Origin: Lama guanicoe
Taxonomy: Eukaryota
Reading direction: 5' to 3'
NCBI GenBank assembly: GCA_013239625.1
Contig: MU054400.1
Span: 3,231,032 to 3,295,031, forward strand
DNA: 64,000 bases
Shown here: positions 51,425 through 64,000 of the stretch, one piece after another
Layout of the letters: every line of letters begins with the position of its first letter
Numbering within the stretch: position 1 is the stretch's first letter
The notes under the pieces: generated by a model
What the model was told of the DNA's origin: nothing
Seen by the model: only the letters and a program-made list of their open reading frames with translations
Databases searched by the model: none
Made by a program: the position numbers and the translations under genes

Positions 51425-51856
51425 CAAAGGCTTGTCCCAAGGGCTGTAGGCGTGGAAACGAAGGGTGGTTTGTTGCTAGTGTCACCGTTATTATTTTTAG
51501 GAAAGGGCGTGAAAATAAAAAAAAAAACACATTTAAACCGATAATTCCGAGTGGAACTACATTCTGGAACATTGGAAGAGGAGCAGCTGGAGATCAGACA
51601 CAAGTTCAGTTTGTCCTATACAAGCAGCTCACACAGCTGTTCAAGGAGGAAAGGATGTCACTCTAAGGTCCAAGTTCGGTCGGTTCATGGGTGAGTTTTC
51701 CCAGGAAAGCGAGACAGGACAGAAAAGACCTTCAGCTTGAAAGGAAAGAGCCTTCAGTTTGGCTGCTGCTTAAGTAGAGCCTTTTTATCTCAATTTCCAG
51801 AAAACTTAAAATTAGTGCCTGCAGCGAGGGCTCCCCACCCCCCACCGGCGGCCTCA

Positions 51857-51874
51857 CAGCGCCCTCTGCTGGTG
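51857..51874 (-). promoter_or_regulatory. CTCF motif
   Basis: Minus strand CACCAGCAGAGGGCGCTG fits the core consensus CCASYAGRKGGCRS closely; lies in a locally GC-rich non-repeat patch. Binding is not shown. Confidence 0.6.
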
Positions 51875-54829
51875 ACAGTCGCTCTCAGGGCTGACTTCCA
51901 AATGCACCGTCTCCGCCCACAGGCCAGCCGCCTGCACCCTACTGGTTTTGCGCATTTTAGTCTCCATGAGGCCTTCTTCAACCACTACCCCCCTTTCTAA
52001 ATTCTCCCTCAGGGCAGCAATTTTTGTTTTCAAGAGGGCTGTGGTTACAGAGTTGCACAAGTTTTGAACAACCTGCTCCTAATCCTAATTTCTCCACAAG
52101 CCCTATGATGTTTAATGCATAGTTTTTGCAAGATGCTTTTTTTCCTCCAGAAATGCGTATATCGTTCTGTAGCAGAAGTATCTACAACTGACTTCCAACT
52201 AACAGTGCTTCATTACATGGACAGCACTATTTGCAAGAAAAGGCTGAATGCCAAGCATTTATTTCTAAACAGAACAATTATCTGTATACATGCTACGTAT
52301 CAGGTTTCCACTAAGCTCAAAGCTCAGGGCTACTGCTAGAGAGAATCGCAGGAGCCCCAGAGTCATGGACTCCGCCCTCTGGGACTTTACAAACCACCAG
52401 TGGGGGCTCGCGGGGTACTTGCGCTGAGCAAATGGGTGATACAAGTCATTTTAGGTTCAGTGACAACTCAGTCACACAAGGAACTAGCGCTCCGGGCACT
52501 CAGAGGAAGAATGAGGGTGCTCTCTGGGCTGAAGGGTTAGGGACATCTTTAAAATACCTTTTACCTGGATCATTCATTCATTCAACCAGACTACTTCCTG
52601 AGCACCCACTGCATGCTAAGCTCTGAGCCTGGAGCTGGGGCTAGAAGGAAAAACAGGATTCATGTTGGCCCTTGAGCTCCCAGAGCCAGCAAGGAAGGTA
52701 AACCTCAAATAAATAAGTAAATAAATAAAATGAGTATTTAATTGCTATTTTACTAAGGGCTCAAAATCAAGAGAAAAAAAAAAAAACAGCCTTGAAGTCA
52801 GCAGGAGTTTCATTAGAGGCGTGGGAAAAGAGGAGGCAGTTCCTAGCTCAGGGATGCAGTTAGGCAGATTTCCTTGTGCCTGAAGTGTCACACAACGCCC
52901 CTGCCCTGGGCAGCTCTCCTCTGGCCTCTCACTCACACAACAGCCCGGGAGCCCGCGGTCACTTTCAGGATGGCCGCCATGGCGCGGCGACCTTCTGCCT
53001 CCATTTGTCCTGAGCGCTTCTCACACACTGTCTTATAAAGAGTCCTGCTTACCAAGGAGAGGTGGCACTGTGGTCCTCCTCCTTCTCATGCCATTGTGCA
53101 TATGAATCCCTCGTGGTCCTGGTACCCGACCCATGCGTCAGCTCTTCGTTGTTACACAGAGCTGCCTCTTCACGTCAGAGGGCAAAAAGGCTGCCTTGCA
53201 CCTGGGCTCACATACTCAGCCCTTGAAAAATCTGAGGAAGAATCACCCACCCACCTTCCTCAGCTTTGTGTGGGAGAGTCACTTAGGAAAGAGCACTGGA
53301 CATCTGAGTTACAGGAACCCGAAGATTTACGTAGGGCTGGGAGGAGGGGAGGGGATGGAGTGGATGGCTTGTTGATGTACTAATGTGGGCTTGTCCTAAC
53401 CGTGTCTTCTCATTCACAACCATTTCCCACCTCCATTTCCAAGCACATAGCTAGACTTTTGTGTTCCCTGAATCTAGAGAAATTTGTATTGCTAGGCAAA
53501 ACACACATAAAAACAAAAAGCTTCTGGAAGATAGCCTCTCTTTCATTCTCTTCTGAAAGCCTGTGTTTTTGAGGGGACTGAGGTAGGCATTTCAGAGGGG
53601 AGGTGCAGGTGTTCCAAAGGGAATTGGCATGAGGTTAATGCTTTTGCAGGAAAAGAAGTCAGCAGAGAAGAAAAAAAGATGGCTCTGAGCTGCCGAACGT
53701 GATGGAGGGCTGCTGGGTTTCCATCCACAGCTGGTCCCTCCCTTCCCCGTGAGAGGCAACTGAGGGGAGGGGTACCCCTGAGAAGTCCAAGCCTTAGGCA
53801 GGATCTGTCCTGTCCCCAGGCGTACCTCAGAATTAGCAGAGCTCCTGGAAGCCAGATCCACTGAGTAATCTTGGACTTCGATCATCTGCTCATATAAGAC
53901 CATCCTTTCTCAATAAAAACTTCTGCCTGGATCTGGTAGGAGGTCGCTAATAATCTCACCTGAGACCAAACTTTGCACCAACCTTGTGGAATGGGGTGGG
54001 GGTGGGGGAGTTGGAATCAGATGTGATTTGATTTCAAATAAGTTAAGTTATATGACAGGCCTTTCGTGTGTATCTTCCTCCGCAGCCTGAGAGTCACATC
54101 CCCTGCACTTAATCTTGTTTTCCACTCTTTACTTTGCACAACTAAATAATTAATTGCCTTGATAGCCTATCAATATGTCTTTCTTTAATTGTTAAACATG
54201 TTTTAATAATTCAAAAATCTGTTGGTGACCTCCCAACACTCCTGTGATTTTTGCAGGCCTCGGGGCTCCTGGAGGGCCTGTCACTCTTGAATCCAGACTC
54301 GGCTAAAAGCTTTCTGGTTTGGTCCGCTCTTCAGAAGGCACCCTGCTTGCCAATAAGGTCCGGGGGTTAAGTGGAAGACAGAGTTCAAGGATTTTGAGGC
54401 TCTGATTCAATTATAGTAAATGAGTGTGAGAAAATCAGATCTGTCACTGTTGGGTGCATTCACCCAGACCTTGGGGACCTTTTTTTTTTTAAGCTGGAGA
54501 ACTCTGGCATTAGAGGAACCTCATTCCTGGGATTTGGGGTTGCACAAACCCTTCTACTCAATTTAATCTCCATTTCAAGCAGCATAAGTGAGAATGAATG
54601 GGTAGTGTGGGGACACACATGTTTCCAGTGAATTTCCTGTTGTCTTCCTCCGTCTCTCCCCCACACCATGCTCTGTTTTGGGAGCCCCGTGATATACTGA
54701 TACTTGAGCTTGAAAGTGGAGTAGCCTTTCCTTCTGCTATGAATTTTTATTCGATTTCCAAGCACTGGGTGGTAAAGGGCGAAACTCTACCCACTTCAGT
54801 ACAGATTCTTCTGATGGAAGTCATTCTGT

Positions 54830-55375
54830 ACAAACTACTATATGTAAAATAGGTAAACAACAAGGGCCTACTTATAGCACAGGGAACTATATTCAATACT
54901 TTGTGATAGCCTATAATGAAAAGGAGTATGAAGTAAGCCAGAAAGAGAAAGAAAAATACCATATGATGTCACTCATATGTGGAATCTTAAAAAAAAAGAT
55001 ACAAATGAACTTATTTACAAAATAGAAACAGACTCACAGACATAGAAAATAAACTTGTGGTTACCAGGGCAGGGAAGGGCTCTGAAGGGATAAACTGGGA
55101 GTTCGAGATTTGCAGATGCGAACCACTTTATATAAAATAAACGACCCACAGTGTAGCAGTATCCACTGCATGTGTAACCCACCTCAACTCTCAGTTATTA
55201 AAATCAGTATGCTTTAGACGTATGTTTAAAAAGTAACTGGAACTATATTCAATACCTCGCAATAAGCTGTAATAAAAAAATATGAAAACGAATATATGTA
55301 TGTATACGCATGACTGAATCATTATGCTACACACCAGAAACTGACACGTTGTAAATCAACTATACTTTAAAAAAT
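54830..55375 (+). mobile_element. Rearranged L1 3'UTR pieces
   Basis: atagcacagggaactatattcaatac block at ~54870-54900 recurs at ~55238-55255; gtaagccagaaagagaaagaaaaataccatatgat...; ends aatcaactatactttaaaaaa. Confidence 0.85.
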
Positions 55376-56485
55376 GTTTAAGTTTATAAAAAAGAAGTTA
55401 CTCTGGCTACTGGGTCTTTGTTATATGCATAGGTTATGCGGTTTTAAAGATGTAAAGTACCTTAAAAGTTAATAAAATGAAACTCCACATTCACAAGTCA
55501 AGACGTGAAGGCCAAGAATTTTGTCCACGGCCACTTGGAACGGGGAAGGAGGAAACTGGGGCACAGACCCGAGTCTCAATCTGGTGCTGTCTCCGTATCA
55601 CGGCCTCTTCAATGCGTCAAAAATAATTCGACTTTATTTCTACCCCCTTCCCTGAATCTCAAAGATTTGCTTTTTCTGCTTGCATCTCATTTTCCCTGTG
55701 GCGTTTTGGGCGCCCTCCAGGAACTGCGCATCAGCGGGAAGATTATTTTAAGCTGAAAAATCTTGGTATTCTGCAAGCTCTGAATATCATTAATTTCCAT
55801 ATGTTCTGAGGGCAATTAAATGTTTTTCGTGTGCTTTTGTCCCCGATTCCATTTCAGTCTTGTGCGTCTGCCGCCTGGGGCAGTATCGCCTGCCCAGGTG
55901 AGACGTTCCGTTGCATTAGGGCTTTGCTGTTCTTAGATGATATTTGACATTTGACATCTGGGTTCTCTGTTAGCTGCATAAATGGCTCCGGGCCAGGCTC
56001 GATTTGCTGTTTTTATCAAACTATTTGTCAGCCTTTGAAGTTAGGACATACAGTATTACTCACTTGTGATGTCATTGCACTAGGTGGAATTTTAGAAATT
56101 CAATACTCTAAATATTCGTGATGAAGAACATTTTTGTCAAATGCGAAAGATTACCAAAATTAGCTGTGGAGCTGACTGCTGAAATCAAATGATACCCAAT
56201 GCTGAGGCTCTGTCCAAAAGCTGGGTTCTCATCTCCCAAGTGATTGGGATGCTCAGCATTGGTACAATTCGGAAGTGACCCCTTGGGTAACAGAGGACCA
56301 TGCTCTTAGCAGGATGCAAAAGATGTTAAGCAGGCCTGGAATTTTCCCTGAAAAAAAAATCAGAGACTTTTAGGAATGGACCTAAGCATTGAAGGGGTCA
56401 CCAGTTCTTACTCTAAGGACCTCTGAGGGTGAGCTAAAAGAGGCAAATTTCAAGAATCTCTTATTGCAATCACTACCTTTAAAAC

Positions 56486-57110
56486 CTATCTGTACTCTCA
56501 TGTTCACTGCAGTGTTATTCACAATAACCAAGACATGGAAGCAACCTAAGTGTCCACCAATAGATGAATAAAGAAAATGTGGCATATATGGTCAAAGGAA
56601 TATTATTCAGCCATAAAAAAGGAAGAAACCTTGCCATTTGTGACAACATGGATGGACTTGAGGGAAATATGCTGAGTTAAAAAAAAGTCAAGCAGAGAAA
56701 GACAAATACTGCATGGTTTCATTTGTATGTGGAATCTAAAGATACCAAACTCATAGGAATAGATTATAGAGTGGTAGCTGCAAAGGACTGGGGGTGAATG
56801 GGAAGATGTCAGTCAAAGGGTATAAACTTCTAGTTATAAGATAAACAGGTTTCACATGGTGTCTGTAGTTAACAACACTGTATTACGTACTTGAAAGTTG
56901 GTAAGAGAGTAGATCTTAATGTTCTCACCACCCAGGAAAAAAAGACAATTGTGTGAGGTGATGGAAGTGTTAACTAACCTTGTTGAGGTAACTGTTTCAT
57001 AATATATAAGTGTATCAAATCATCATATTTACATCTTAAATGCATACAATGTTAAATGTCAATTATATCTCAATAAAGCAAAAAACAAACAGAAAAATGA
57101 AAAAAAAATA
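56486..57110 (+). mobile_element. L1MA-like 3' end
   Basis: CTLMFTAVLFTITKTWKQPKCP peptide; ttgccatttgtgacaacatggatggac; gtcaattatatctcaataaagc plus A-rich tail. Confidence 0.9.
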
Positions 57111-58105
57111 AAGGAGAATTTCCTTGGGAAAAATAAAAGAGTTCCTAATGAAGCCTGTACTGTGTAAACAAGTAACTGTGTAACCATGGCAAGGTACCCT
57201 TGCAGGGAAAGCATGTAGTGAAGTCCTTAAGAGCCGGGATATAAATTACCTTAAAAATGTTCATTAGTCCCTGCATGTATACAAGGATCCATGTAATAAA
57301 TTTCAATTAAGAATTAGTGATCTAAGGAGAAAACTCACCACCTCCCAGTGAACTAGCATGAATCTTTTTCATCATCAGATAATTGAAATGTAGTCCCTCA
57401 CTACATTTTAAATTTTTGATTACCTGGGAACCCACTACTAAAGTTAGTGTTATAATAATCAAAGCTATTTTTAGCCTAGGTTTATCTTTTCAAATATAAG
57501 TTTTCATTTTTATGCTTGTTACATGAGTCTAATTACTTTTTCCTTTTATTGTAAGTTGTCTCAAAGATGCTTCAGAAATATGTAAGGACTAAGTAACAAA
57601 TACATTAAAATACATTACAGACACATTATCTAAGAGACGCATTAACCCCAGCTTACTTCCGACTTCTGTTATTTGGGCAGATCAAAATCATCTTCCACAC
57701 TCCTTGGTCCATGAAATAAGCCATCCCAACAGGCCGGCAGGATGCTTGCTGCGGGAACCCTGCCCAGCCAACAAGGGGAACAAGCGAGAAGGAAGGGGGA
57801 GCAACACAGATTCCCACCCAAGTTAAGGTGGCTGTCGAAGCAGAAAGGGAATGGCCAGGATTGGACACAAGCTCCTCATTTGCATGGACAAAGTTCAGAC
57901 TCACTGATTTTTGAAACATTTAAAGAGCTGAAGTTGAAGGCATCTTCCTGGTGTATCACCCTGCCCACAACATGGAATGTGTCCAAGACAGTAATGTTCA
58001 CAGATGCAAAAGGGAAAGACAGAGATGTTTGCCTCCATCTCAACTTCCTATTCCAGACATGATGCTGCCTGTTTGGAACAATCTGAAATTTTTAGAGTCC
58101 TGATC

Positions 58106-58178
58106 CCTTCCTTCCTTCCTTCCTTCCTTCCTTCCTCCCTCATTTCTTTCCTTCCTTCCCTGCTCCTTCCCTCCTTCC
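58106..58178. repeat. (TTCC)n simple repeat
   Basis: ccttccttccttccttcc... imperfect run. Confidence 0.85.
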
Positions 58179-59974
58179 TGGGACAGAGCCAAGTATCTGT
58201 GAGACTACACTGTGGGTGGTCTAGATGTGAGGCTGGCAGCTGTGCACGATTCTGGCAGGCTGGCTAGCTTCTTACCCCAGCATCAGGCACAGTCTGGCTC
58301 AACAAGGGTCTGTAGAATTGAATCAAGTCTTTTCCAAGAGACTATAGAGATTATGGAAAGCAGATAGCAATGAAATCTGCAAAACATTTGATGTACCCAT
58401 TCACTTGGAAACATCTGCCAAACAGGGGATGGGGAGTCACGAATAATTCCGTATCTAGTCCATTTAGATGGGAGTACTCCATACATGTTCACTCATAAAG
58501 ATGACCTTTGATTAGAAGGGCGAAAATCAAACAGCACATTACGTAAAGTCAACAGAAATCTCCTTTTTGAGCACAGATCAAGCACATTGCCTCATTTGGA
58601 TCCAGATTTGTGTATATGTCATGCTGACCAATGTAAGGTGACCCAGGGAGACACAGAGAACAATTGCATCCCTCAGGCTGAAAGTGTGAAACGTGATGAC
58701 AGTCTTTATTCACCTGGGTAAGGCGCTTATGGCCCTTGAAAGATGCCCTTTGAATGGTTCTATCATTCTTTAAACGAGTTAGCCCTGGTCTCCCCCTAAC
58801 TCCTTTGTGCTCTGTACAGTCAGTGACACAGATGGCATTACTTTTTAAGAAGAGGACTGCCTCCAATATTAGTCTCCCAAGCTACAAATGTGATTTAAAA
58901 CCTCTCAACCAGCACTTTATCCGTGGCAAGATGCATCGCCTATCCCCTGAGAAGTCATGAGTGTGGTCTCCCTGAAAAGACACTTAAAGTGGACTGAAAT
59001 TGAATAATCTTTGCAATTTACGGTGGCTATTTCCCTCTGGTATAGAATCAAGCTGGAGATGCAGAACGCTCAGAGAATCGGAGCAAGCCAAAGATTTGGG
59101 GTTTGGAGAAGAGCCCACCGTCATTTCCACTCCTTATATCCACCCACCTCCAAGCCACAAATGAAAGAGAAGTATCTGTGCCCACAGATAATTTGAATGA
59201 TTTCTCTGAATGTGACTCATTTAGTTGAAACATATGGAAACCCACTTTGGCAAAAATGAACTAGGGGAGGTAGGGGAACGGGAAGGAAAAAAATAATCCA
59301 TTTGACTAGATTACATCAAAAGCAAGGCTTTTTCAGGCTGCCTCTTCAACATCACTTACATCCTCAATGAATTATTCCACGTTTATAAAAACAGCTTATG
59401 CTCTATATAGACTTTAAAAGTTGTTATGCTTCTTTTCATTTGGATTCAGAGGAGACACAAGGAAATTTCTAGGTGTAAAATGTGATTATGTTTCTAGAAT
59501 TTGGAGTACTGAATTTTTCCACTGGGTTGACTACCATAATCAAATTAATACAGATCCTCCCAGGCTTCATTTCCTCGGGGTGGGGTAGGTCCACCCTGTG
59601 TTACGTAAGCTGTGCTCCCTGAGGACTTTGTCACTTGCCTTATTTGTTTGACTGGAAAAGCTGCATCAATGTATAAACTCATCATGATGATAACCACTGG
59701 CCCAAAAGTTGCAACGTGGACAAAGTCATTCTTATCCTCAACGCGACACTAACAAATTGCACGTGAGAGAACAGTTACTTAGACATAGTACAGTGCAGGA
59801 TGCTATGTCATTATAATTATACAAGTCCGGTCCATCCTTATTTTGAGCAGCATATGGTTTCTGGTGAACACTGATAAAGCTGCAGATATAAGTTAGAAGT
59901 AGTCCATTGAAGCATTATAGTGCATAGCAAGGAAGGGGCTCATGACCATTAGAGGCAGAACGGGTAGTAAATGC

Positions 59975-60440
59975 TGTGAGTGCCCCTCCCATGTCCCTTA
60001 GACCCTGCTATCTCTTTGTGTTTTGGATGACCTCCCCCAGCAAGTATCTGCCACTCTAGACTTGAGAGCTTTTTCCAGAACCATAGAAGAGCACTCTGCC
60101 CACAGGTGCAGGCCAGGGGTGTGGGGAAATTAGCACATCTCGGGAGCAGCCCTCAACCAATGACCAATGGGAGTTGGAGGATAAATACCTCAGCTCCCTC
60201 ACATCTCAAGTGGAATAATTCTGAGAGAGGTGTTTTCTACTCTTCCCCACAGTTCGCCCAGGATTAAGCTCCAGTTGCTCACGTTGGTAACTAGTTTACT
60301 ATTTCACCCTTTATTGACTGCCTTCCCACCCCTGTAACATGTTCCGCATCATCATCAATGTTCCCTGCACACCCCAAGGAGCTCTTTGCCCTTGAATCTT
60401 TGCCCCAGGTCAGCTTTTGGAGGTCACTCGAATTAGGACA
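59975..60440 (+). mobile_element. ERVL LTR16-like solo LTR
   Basis: gggagcagccctcaaccaatgaccaatgggagttggaggataaatacctcagctccctc...gaatctttgccccaggtcagcttt...aattaggaca. Confidence 0.75.
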
Positions 60441-60569
60441 AGGTGAATCCACTCTCTGGATTGGTCAGGAAATGTGTCCATGAGGGTCCACAGTCAGACA
60501 GAAGAAAGGGAGGAAAATAAGTTATCTCTTCTATGACTGACCTTGAGAGGGTTCAACATGGATGAGCTG

Positions 60570-60955
60570 GTGTGACAGACACTGCTGGTTACCTACCCTA
60601 CAGCAATTGTTCCTCCCTCCTTTGTCAATACAAACCAATTTGTTTTGGCCACAGCCAGCTCAGAGTAAACGCCTCCTTCAGTCCCTGAGGATGAGTCAAG
60701 CTCAGTGCAGCTCGAGCATGACTGTTCCATTCCCACTTGCCAGTAATCTTCGGTGGCGGGGGGCAGCTGACTGAGTGCCAGCCTGTGAGGCATAGGCGGA
60801 CATGTACTGAGGAGCTCTTTTTCTCGTGGATAAACAGTGAAGCGGAAAGCTAAACGGCTTGTTTTTTGGCTTTTACCCATCCTTCCTGTTTGGGGAACCA
60901 CTGGGGGATGCCTGGGACAATTGTAGTCATCTTAGGCCCATGAGAGGAAGCTTGC
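60570..60955 (+). mobile_element. Old MLT1 (J/I-like) LTR fragment
   Basis: tgtgacagacactgctggttacctaccc...ccattcccacttgccagtaat...gatgcctgggacaattgtagtcatcttaggcccatgag. Confidence 0.5.
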
Positions 60956-63304
60956 TGACTGGAATTCCTTTCCGTCCAGGTCCTCTTGGCACCCTCCCTC
61001 ACTTCCATCTGGAATCTGCTCAACTGTCACCTCCTCAGTGACACTCCCCTATGAAATGACACCACCCTTGCTCTCATCATCTCCTCTGAAGGAAAAAATG
61101 GTCAGGGAGGAATGAGATTTGGCCCATGAAGCAGGGAGGTTATTACTGTCATTATAATTGGTGCATTAAAGTTTATAATGTGGTCCAGAGTGACCGGGTT
61201 ATTAAGAGCTAATGCTGCTGATTCATGAACCATCAAAGGGAATGACTGGGCCAGTGTAAGAGCAGGAAGCCCATTCCCTGCCATTCTCAGGCATGACTCA
61301 CACAGGATCATCGGGGTTTTATTTTAAAGTCCTTTTAGTCACCTGCCTCTGATAATCCAGTCGTTAATATTAAGGAATCATCCTTTTGGCTGATCAGATG
61401 TCTCACAGAGCTTTTCTGCTTTCCTTTTGTTTTGAGGAGAACGGATAAGTGCCTGAACTACCATATTTTAAACTTGTCACCAAGTCACCCATTTCCCTTC
61501 AGGAGGAAGAAGAGAGGGAGGAAGGACAGCTCTGGGCCAATATGTCTGTCCTTGAAACCTCTCCTTCAATGACACAAAGCACCCAAACGCCACATGACAT
61601 ATGCAATTCCTAAAAGCTATTCACATCCCTCTCCTTGGCCTTCCTCTACCTGTAGAGACTAGAAAAATGAAAATACTGGATTTCTAAGCCTCTATGGAGA
61701 CAAGAGTGTCCATGAAACTTAGTTCAGGCCAATTGGATGTGGGAAAAGTTCCTGGAGAGAAGTACCTTCCCAAACAAACAGGAAAACCCTTGCTAGGATA
61801 CAGCCCTTCACCTCTTGGACCTTTACCCAATTTTCTACTTGTAATGCTGGTACAAGGGCAGGGCCACAGCAGCCATCTTGAACCATAAGAAAGTAAGCAA
61901 AATGCTAAAGGGCTACACACCACAGTAGGTAGACCAGAAAGCTGAAAATAGCCTAACCATCCCTGAGCTTTGGATTCTGTCTTGCAAATCACACACATAC
62001 CCTTAAGTGGTTCAGCCATTCCCCAAACTCTCTTTCCTGTATTTAGACAACATAGAGGTCTCTGTTTTTTCACCTTTGATGAGAGAAGGTAATTCTCCTA
62101 GGGGCCACACCTTGAGCACGGCCAGCTTTTCTGAAACTCCATACCTTCTCTGTTGGCTTCCCCCTCTTTTCCTGACTCCATTCAGTGGTGTCTTGGGGAA
62201 CAAGAAAACCTCAGACTAGCCCCAGAAGTAAATTACAAGTTCTGCTCACAGACACTAGCTGCTCATAATATGACCTCCAGGAGCTGTCACACAAAGCCAA
62301 GTGAGGCTGGGAGAGATGTACTGACCTTCTCTGGGTAGGAGATCAGGGCAGCTTGTATGCAAGCCTGTGTTTGAGAATTCCAGTCCCAGTGGGGGACGTG
62401 GCCCCTGCAGATGTAACATACACCCCACACTGAGACAGCCCCCAGGGCACCTGGAACCAGCCCCAAGTCCTCACCACCGACACCCTAGTCATTCATGGAC
62501 AGTGTTGAAAGTGCCCATGTTTACCCATGAGGTGAAGAAAAAAATGGCTCTGTGATGAGTGCCTTTGTGTGTGGGTGTACGTGTGTGAGATATATTAGAA
62601 TATCTGCTGTTTGTCAGAATCTCTTATTGGCATTAGCTGTGTTTGCAAAGTGTTCCACTTCTCATTCTGGAGAAAGGACAGTAACAGTTTTAATTACTGG
62701 AGCTCCCTGCTGGATGAACTGCAAAGGATGGAGAGCTGCAGATAGAGCTGTGATTTGACAGACATGTCGTACAGAATGATACCCAGAAATCTCACTGTTT
62801 GATCATCTGTATTGACTGAGAAGACTCCTGGTTCAGAGGCGTGGAGGCGGGAGGATCTTTCCTAACCTTGCCACTTCCCATCCCAAAATGGACTTTGAGT
62901 TTGAGGATGAGGGCTGAAACAATGTCTCCCCATTGACTAGTATCCCTCGCTTGAAGAAGCATCTCAGAATCCACTCATGCGAAAACATGGAAGCATCTGA
63001 GGTCCATTGGAATATTCCAATAATTAAAATACAACCCCCTTGGACTTTTCAACTGCTAGAATGAAGACGAGCTGCCCCATCACCTCTTTCTACAGGTGAG
63101 GACATCTGAGACCCACAATGAGGCAATGCTGAGAGGCAAACCTAGCCTCGTGTTTTCGGCAGGTCCTCTCCCCACTGGACCATGCTGGGTCCACCGAGCA
63201 CTGTTGTAAAGTGTCATTTACAAAGAAATACTCACTGCTTTCAGTCTCCAGCTCCTGCAGGTCCCCTTTGGAACCACATTTAATACTCCAGCTCCCTTCT
63301 TCCT

Positions 63305-63650
63305 GTCTGCTTGCACTGCCATAACAAACTATGACAGACCAGGTGGCTTAAACAACAGGAATGTATTTGCTCACAATTCTGAAGGCTAGAATTCCAAGAT
63401 CAAGGTGCTCTCTGGCGAGAGCTCTCCCCTGCATTGCAGTTGGCTGTCTTTTCATGTGACCTCGCCCTGTGTCTGCACGGGGCCGGAGGGGAGCTCTTTC
63501 CTCTTCTTATAAGGCCACCAATTCTATCAGGTAAGGACCCAACCTCATTTAACCTTAATAACCTCCCAAAAGCTGTATTTCCAAATACAGTCACACTTGG
63601 GGTTAGGACTTCAACATATGAATTTAGGGGGAACACAATTCAATCTCTAG
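63305..63650 (-). mobile_element. MaLR MLT1A-like LTR
   Basis: ctgccataacaaactatgacagaccaggtggcttaaacaacagg...aggacttcaacatatgaatttagggggaacacaattca. Confidence 0.85.
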
Positions 63651-64000
63651 CCCTTTCACACCCCGCTACTCAAGAATCTGATTTCATAACCCCTGAAATC
63701 CAGCCAAGCATCTGAAGGGCATCAAATATATTAAGAATATCACTTACTGTTTTCAAATACAGCCAGAGCACAATGGCTACAAGTTATCCTTCTAAAACAG
63801 GCAAAGTATTCGCTTCCCTCAGCACAACCGACCCTGATTTGCTGTGTCTAAGTAAAGTGAGTCCTGAACATCTGTTTTGTGTATAGAAGGAAAACAAACA
63901 ATCCAGTGTACCACGTCCTAATTTTAATAATGTCTGGATTTAACATAACAAGGTTGATGTACCACACATAGCACTTGTAAAAGTGGGACTCAACCCGTGT

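Noticed and set aside
53992..54014. G-quadruplex candidate
   Set aside because: Only three long G-tracts; unremarkable in mammalian DNA.

Overview
Mammalian, repeat-rich, non-exonic DNA. tRNA-Ala-derived Vic-1-like SINEs point to a camelid genome. I recognise no intact host protein-coding gene. The window holds many L1 fragments, MaLR/ERVL LTRs, MIRs, hAT MER elements and microsatellites. The notable feature is a heavily deleted class I (gamma-like) endogenous retrovirus on the minus strand (~37510-41629; MER41-like 5' LTR, degenerate Arg PBS, gag/pro/IN remnants; no RT, env or 3' LTR). Its gag nucleocapsid region is replaced by ~950 nt of intronless SLC18B1 coding sequence in circularly permuted order: residues ~223-330 come first, join directly to residue ~15, and run back to ~225. 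This is what one full turn around a circular RNA (probably exons 2-9) would give, so it looks like a circRNA-derived retrocopy captured by retroviral template switching. SLC18B1 identity, residue numbering, exon boundaries and all repeat family names come from recalled sequences, not from searches, and need database confirmation.
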